64,000 nucleotides of DNA, taken from assembly GCA_965223345.1 (NCBI GenBank), contig CBDCWG010000012.1:463629-527628 (forward strand), in the 5' to 3' direction. This document shows positions 60,297-64,000 of the stretch, one piece after another; position 1 is the stretch's first letter, and each line of letters starts with the position of its first letter. A model generated the notes under the pieces. It was given only the letters and a program-made list of their open reading frames with translations. It was not told the origin of the DNA and searched no databases. The stretch is from Nitrospinales bacterium. Its GTDB lineage: Bacteria > Nitrospinota > Nitrospinia > Nitrospinales > VA-1. The position numbers and the translations under genes are program-made.

Positions 60297-60507
60297 TCAA
60301 TCGGGCTTTGGGCAAAAATCCTCACGAATTTTGTCATCCCAAACGGCGATCCCGCACTAGATTGTCATATGTGGTAAATCTTGCTGTTGAATTTCTGGGC
60401 TTTGGCGGGGCGGCATGGGACTTGCTCTTCCAGGTGATAGAAGCAGCAATGCCGTAATCGGGATCGCCGCTTCCCATATTCACAGTACAGTGAGGAGGAA
60501 TGTCATC

Positions 60508-60858
60508 ATGGTTACTGAGAACCGAAGTCTGGCCCGTTCGTTGTTCGTTCGCAAAGCCATTTTGAGAATGCTCGAAATCGTGATGGGTCTCAACCATCCC
60601 TGGGTCGCCAAATACCTCAACTATTTGGGTAAGAATTACAAGGTCAAGGGAAACACCGCGAAAGCGGAACTGTTCTATGTGCGTTCGTTGCAGATTCGCG
60701 AGGACGTGCTGGGACCGGAACACCCTGAGGTTGCGGATTCGTTGACGCGCCTTGCCGGTCTGTATGAGGACATGAAGGATTACGCGCGCTCCAAGCCGCT
60801 GTACCAGCGTGCCGAGAAGATCGGCCAGGAACATCCCGGACAGGCCGTCGCCTGCTGA
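60508..60858 (+). CDS. small TPR (TPR_10/12-like) protein
   Basis: ATG 60508 with GAGGAGGA 8 nt upstream. HPWVAKYLNYLGKNYKVKGNTAKAELFYVRSLQIREDVLGPEHPEVADSLTRLAGLYEDMKDYARSKPLYQRA is a pair of kinesin-light-chain-type TPRs. Confidence 0.65.
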   Translation: MVTENRSLARSLFVRKAILRMLEIVMGLNHPWVAKYLNYLGKNYKVKGNTAKAELFYVRSLQIREDVLGPEHPEVADSLTRLAGLYEDMKDYARSKPLYQRAEKIGQEHPGQAVAC

Positions 60859-61052
60859 AGCCTCACCGGCTTCATGCGGGCGGCTCGCCTTCTGTGTGGG
60901 AAAAAGCTCTCCCATCCAGAGGACCGTTGAACCGGCCGCTGCCGGGCCTCGCGCCCCGATCCAACCGAAGCGCCGCCGGCTGTCTCCCGCCGCATTCCTT
61001 TCGAACCCATCCGAATATTCCCATCGCACTACCGCATTCCGGGCATCGCCCT

Positions 61053-61859
61053 TCACCGTAAAGCGACTGTGGATCGCGCCAGCTCTTCAAGCGTCTGCCG
61101 CCCCTGTTCGAGCAACGCGGGTTCCGTGTCCTTTTGCGCGTACAACTGAAACACCAGCACGTCTTTTTGCAGCGGGATTCCATACAGGGCACGGGTTTCT
61201 CCGGCGATGCGGAATTCACCGCGATAGAGCGCCGCTGTGTCTGTAAAGGGCTCTTCGGTCACGGTCAGCGAGCCTTTGCGGGCGGGGGGATGAAACTCCG
61301 GGAACACCTCAAGATACGATTTGACCAGATTCTCGGGAACCGGGTTGAAGGTATCGTATTTCCAGGTGCGGAACAGCCGGACCAATTGCCCCCTGGAGGT
61401 GGAAGCGGCCAGGATGTTCATTTTCCCGGATGCGTGACGGAATCCGATGTCCACCTTGAAGATGTACTTGCGTTTGGGCGGCACGATTCTGGGAAGCCGG
61501 TCGCGGCTGAAGTCGGTGCGGTTTCGATCGCGGCGGTATCGGTGGTATTCCTCCAGCGGCTTGGGCTGCTCGACGCGAAAGCCGAAATCCCGGTTGTAGG
61601 TCCAGGCGTCGGGATCGATCTGCCAGGCGGCGCCGGGAAGGAAGAACGCGTAGCCGCGGAAATCCTGCACGAAGCGGTTCGCTTCGATTTTTGTTGTCGA
61701 ACAGGCGGACAGCGCAGCCACAATCAGCAGCACGCCCAATCCCGCCCGTATCGCTGTTTTCCAGAGAGGCCGCGCACAGCCACGCGCTTTCTGCGCAACC
61801 TGCGGCCGAGTGCGGGCATTGATGAGAGCGGGGCTGGGAAGGATCGCAAGTCGTTTCAT
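61053..61859 (-). CDS. hypothetical lipoprotein
   Basis: 268 aa. Lipobox LIVAALSAC follows a long basic N-region, so the true start may be internal. I recognise no family. Confidence 0.6.
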   Translation of the reverse strand: MKRLAILPSPALINARTRPQVAQKARGCARPLWKTAIRAGLGVLLIVAALSACSTTKIEANRFVQDFRGYAFFLPGAAWQIDPDAWTYNRDFGFRVEQPKPLEEYHRYRRDRNRTDFSRDRLPRIVPPKRKYIFKVDIGFRHASGKMNILAASTSRGQLVRLFRTWKYDTFNPVPENLVKSYLEVFPEFHPPARKGSLTVTEEPFTDTAALYRGEFRIAGETRALYGIPLQKDVLVFQLYAQKDTEPALLEQGRQTLEELARSTVALR

Positions 61860-62269
61860 GAGGACGCGTCCATGGTATCAAGGCCTGAGAGAAACGCAAC
61901 GGTTTCGCGGCCCCTGCATCCGGCCGCAGGTCACAAAGCCGGCGGTCTGCCGCCTGGGATGGGGCACCGTTCGCTTTTAGAATCATTTTCGCTTGTGCGG
62001 CTTTTTCAGGAGCCGCGTCCCGGGGATGGAAACGGTCTTTTCCGCAGTGTGAAATCCACCCTCTCCGGCCCGTAAACCATTGATAACAATTGACTCTCAC
62101 CCCAATATCCGCTACCCTATAAATACCTTTCCCTTCTTTGTATGTTCAAAAGGTGTGCGGTGTTCCCCTCGTTTTTTGAGGAAGCGATTGTTGCAAAGCA
62201 GTCTCCCCGATGAGGGCCGACGCCGTGCGATGGCAATGAGCGGTTTTTTTCTTTTTTCCGGATTTTTCG

Positions 62270-62731
62270 ATGCGAACAGCTAACGGCGAACCTGTGATTC
62301 TGGTGGTGGAAGACAGCGAGGTCGATTATGAAACCACGCTGCGCGCCTTCCGGGCGGCAGGGGTGAAAAAAGGCCTGCACCACTGTGCCGACGGCGAGCA
62401 GGCTCTGGATTATCTTTACCGGCGCGGAGAATACGCCGCCCCCAACAGCGCACCGGTGCCCGACCTGATCCTGCTGGACCTCAACCTTCCGGGAACGGAC
62501 GGCATCAAGGTGATCGAAGAGATCAAGGGCGACCCGAAGCTGCGCGGCATCCCCGTCATCATTCTGTCCACCTCTTCGCTCATCAGGGACATCGACGCCT
62601 CGTATCGGGCCGGAGCCAATGCGTACATCAACAAGCCGTTAACGCTTGAGGAATTCTACGACACCATCCAGGCGTTCAAGGAGTTCTGGATCAACCGCGC
62701 CCTGCTGCCCACCGAGGAGTTGCAACCATGA
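62270..62731 (+). CDS. single-domain response regulator (CheY-like receiver)
   Basis: VILVVEDSEVD, LILLDLNLPGTDG, ILSTS and NKP motifs. Confidence 0.92.
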   Translation: MRTANGEPVILVVEDSEVDYETTLRAFRAAGVKKGLHHCADGEQALDYLYRRGEYAAPNSAPVPDLILLDLNLPGTDGIKVIEEIKGDPKLRGIPVIILSTSSLIRDIDASYRAGANAYINKPLTLEEFYDTIQAFKEFWINRALLPTEELQP

Positions 62732-63771
62732 ACGCGAGGAACGCTCCGATCAAATTATTGCTGATCGACGACACGGGTGAAGACCGGCTGCTGTACCGCC
62801 GTTTGATCAGCCAGGGTGCGTTCCAGGATTGCGAAATCATCGAAAGCGTCACGGGTGAGCAAGGCCTGAGCCGCTGCCTGGAACAAAAGCCGGATTGTGT
62901 GCTGATCGATTACCGCCTGCCGGACCTCGACGGTTTGCAGCTTCTTTCCCGCCTGCGAACGCATTCGTTTGCGGGAGCGCTGATCATGGTCACCGGCCAG
63001 GGGGACGAAACCGTGGCGGTTCAGGCCATGAAAGAAGGGGCGGAGGATTACCTGATCAAAGACAACCTCACGGTGGAGAGCCTGCAGGCGACCATCACCA
63101 AAGCGCTGAAATGCCACAAACTGCAGGAAGCCAAGAAGCGGGCGGAGGAAAAACTCAAGGAGTACACGGCGAAACTTAAGGAAAGCAACGAATCCAAAGA
63201 CAGCCTGATCCGGGAGCTCACAAAGCTCAGGAACGATCTGGAGATCTTCGCAAAAACCGATCCGCTGACCGGGCTTTTCAACCGCCGTGAAATGGAGGAG
63301 AAACTGCGCTACGAGAAAATCCGCTTCGAACGCTCGCGCAAACCCTTCTCGCTGATCCTGGCCGACATCGACCATTTCAAGAAAATCAACGACACGCACG
63401 GCCACGCAGCGGGAGACCGGGTTCTGCAATACGTCGCGGACACGTTCCGGGCCCAGTCCCGCAAGCAGGACGTGGTGTGCCGCTGGGGCGGCGAGGAATT
63501 CATCATCTTCCTTCCGGAAACCCATCTCGAAGGCGCCATCGTTCTGGCCAACAAACTCCGTTCGCACCTCGCATCCCAGCAGATCGACGCGCAAACCCAT
63601 CCCCTGTCCATCACTCTGAGTTTCGGGGTCAGCACCTACAACAACGACCGCCTGACCGTCGAAGGTTTGATCAAGGAAGCGGACGATTGTCTGTACCAGG
63701 CCAAGCGGAAGGGGCGCAATTCCCTGATCTACGTCTCCCACGTCCACAAATTGATGGAAAACTGCGCCTGA
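62728..63771 (+). CDS. response regulator with GGDEF diguanylate cyclase output
   Basis: The receiver has LLLIDDTGEDR, CVLIDYRLPDLDG and IKD. A coiled-coil linker follows, then a GGDEF domain with RWGGEEFIIF and RxxD-like context. Its start overlaps the upstream stop (ATGA). Confidence 0.92.
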   Translation: MNARNAPIKLLLIDDTGEDRLLYRRLISQGAFQDCEIIESVTGEQGLSRCLEQKPDCVLIDYRLPDLDGLQLLSRLRTHSFAGALIMVTGQGDETVAVQAMKEGAEDYLIKDNLTVESLQATITKALKCHKLQEAKKRAEEKLKEYTAKLKESNESKDSLIRELTKLRNDLEIFAKTDPLTGLFNRREMEEKLRYEKIRFERSRKPFSLILADIDHFKKINDTHGHAAGDRVLQYVADTFRAQSRKQDVVCRWGGEEFIIFLPETHLEGAIVLANKLRSHLASQQIDAQTHPLSITLSFGVSTYNNDRLTVEGLIKEADDCLYQAKRKGRNSLIYVSHVHKLMENCA

Positions 63772-63915
63772 GCCGCACCCCGTTTCAATCGCCTCCCCAT
63801 CTATAGAACTCTTTAAATTCGAATATTTATAGGCATACCGGTGCGCGCGCCGGCACGCGCGCAGAGATCGAACAGCTGTGCCCCATCCTCCACCAAAGCA
63901 TAAGCATTTGAAATA

Positions 63916-63943
63916 TTGACAATTTCCAGCCCGATGGTACAAT
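63916..63943 (+). promoter_or_regulatory. strong sigma-70-type promoter candidate for a gene starting at the window edge
   Basis: TTGACA (63916-63921), a 16-nt spacer, then TACAAT (63938-63943). AGGGGA plus an ATG at 63995 follow, but only 6 nt of that ORF are visible. Confidence 0.5.
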
Positions 63944-64000
63944 TAACTACACCCTTTCTTTCATTGTATAAATAAAACCAGGGGAATTCCCGCAATGAAT

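Overview
This is a 64-kb chromosomal segment from a high-GC diderm bacterium. Coding lines I hand-counted run about 65-68% G+C. I could not assign a taxon from the sequence alone. I support about 50 protein-coding genes and see no rRNA, tRNA, CRISPR array, transposase or integrase. Family names below come from motifs I recognise by eye, not from database searches.

Most of the window is core metabolism and envelope biogenesis:
- A sigma-54 activator gene, then a sigma-54 promoter, then a DUF4912/GH57 alpha-glucan module.
- An apgM-like/lysC/cimA operon.
- A glnB-glnA / phzF-like-glnE nitrogen block.
- A bamA-skp-fabZ-lpxA-oxidoreductase-lpxI-lpxB-DUF374 lipid A/outer-membrane operon.
- clpC, metH, purM, gdh and an SNF-type transporter.
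- Three large PAS/GAF histidine kinases and a response-regulator / GGDEF pair.

I did not find a convincing multi-gene novel system. The spots most worth follow-up are:
1. A roughly 1.1-kb very low-GC islet carrying a single FRG-domain gene, wedged next to uvrC.
2. uvrC itself, which is split by a 1-nt frameshift in an A6 run.
3. A cysteine-dioxygenase-like cupin fused to a SAM methyltransferase, behind a sigma-54-type promoter.
4. An apgM-like protein that has lost the Ser nucleophile and is translationally coupled to lysC/cimA. It is a candidate alternative homoserine kinase.
5. A dedicated sigma-54 activator-promoter pair in front of DUF4912-GH57.
6. An M48-like lipoprotein with HAIAH in place of HExxH.
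7. An FGE-like gene and a ParB-like gene whose divergent start codons overlap.
8. An inverted-repeat-flanked, REP/MITE-like element.

The many long antisense ORFs in the track are high-GC shadow ORFs, and I rejected them.
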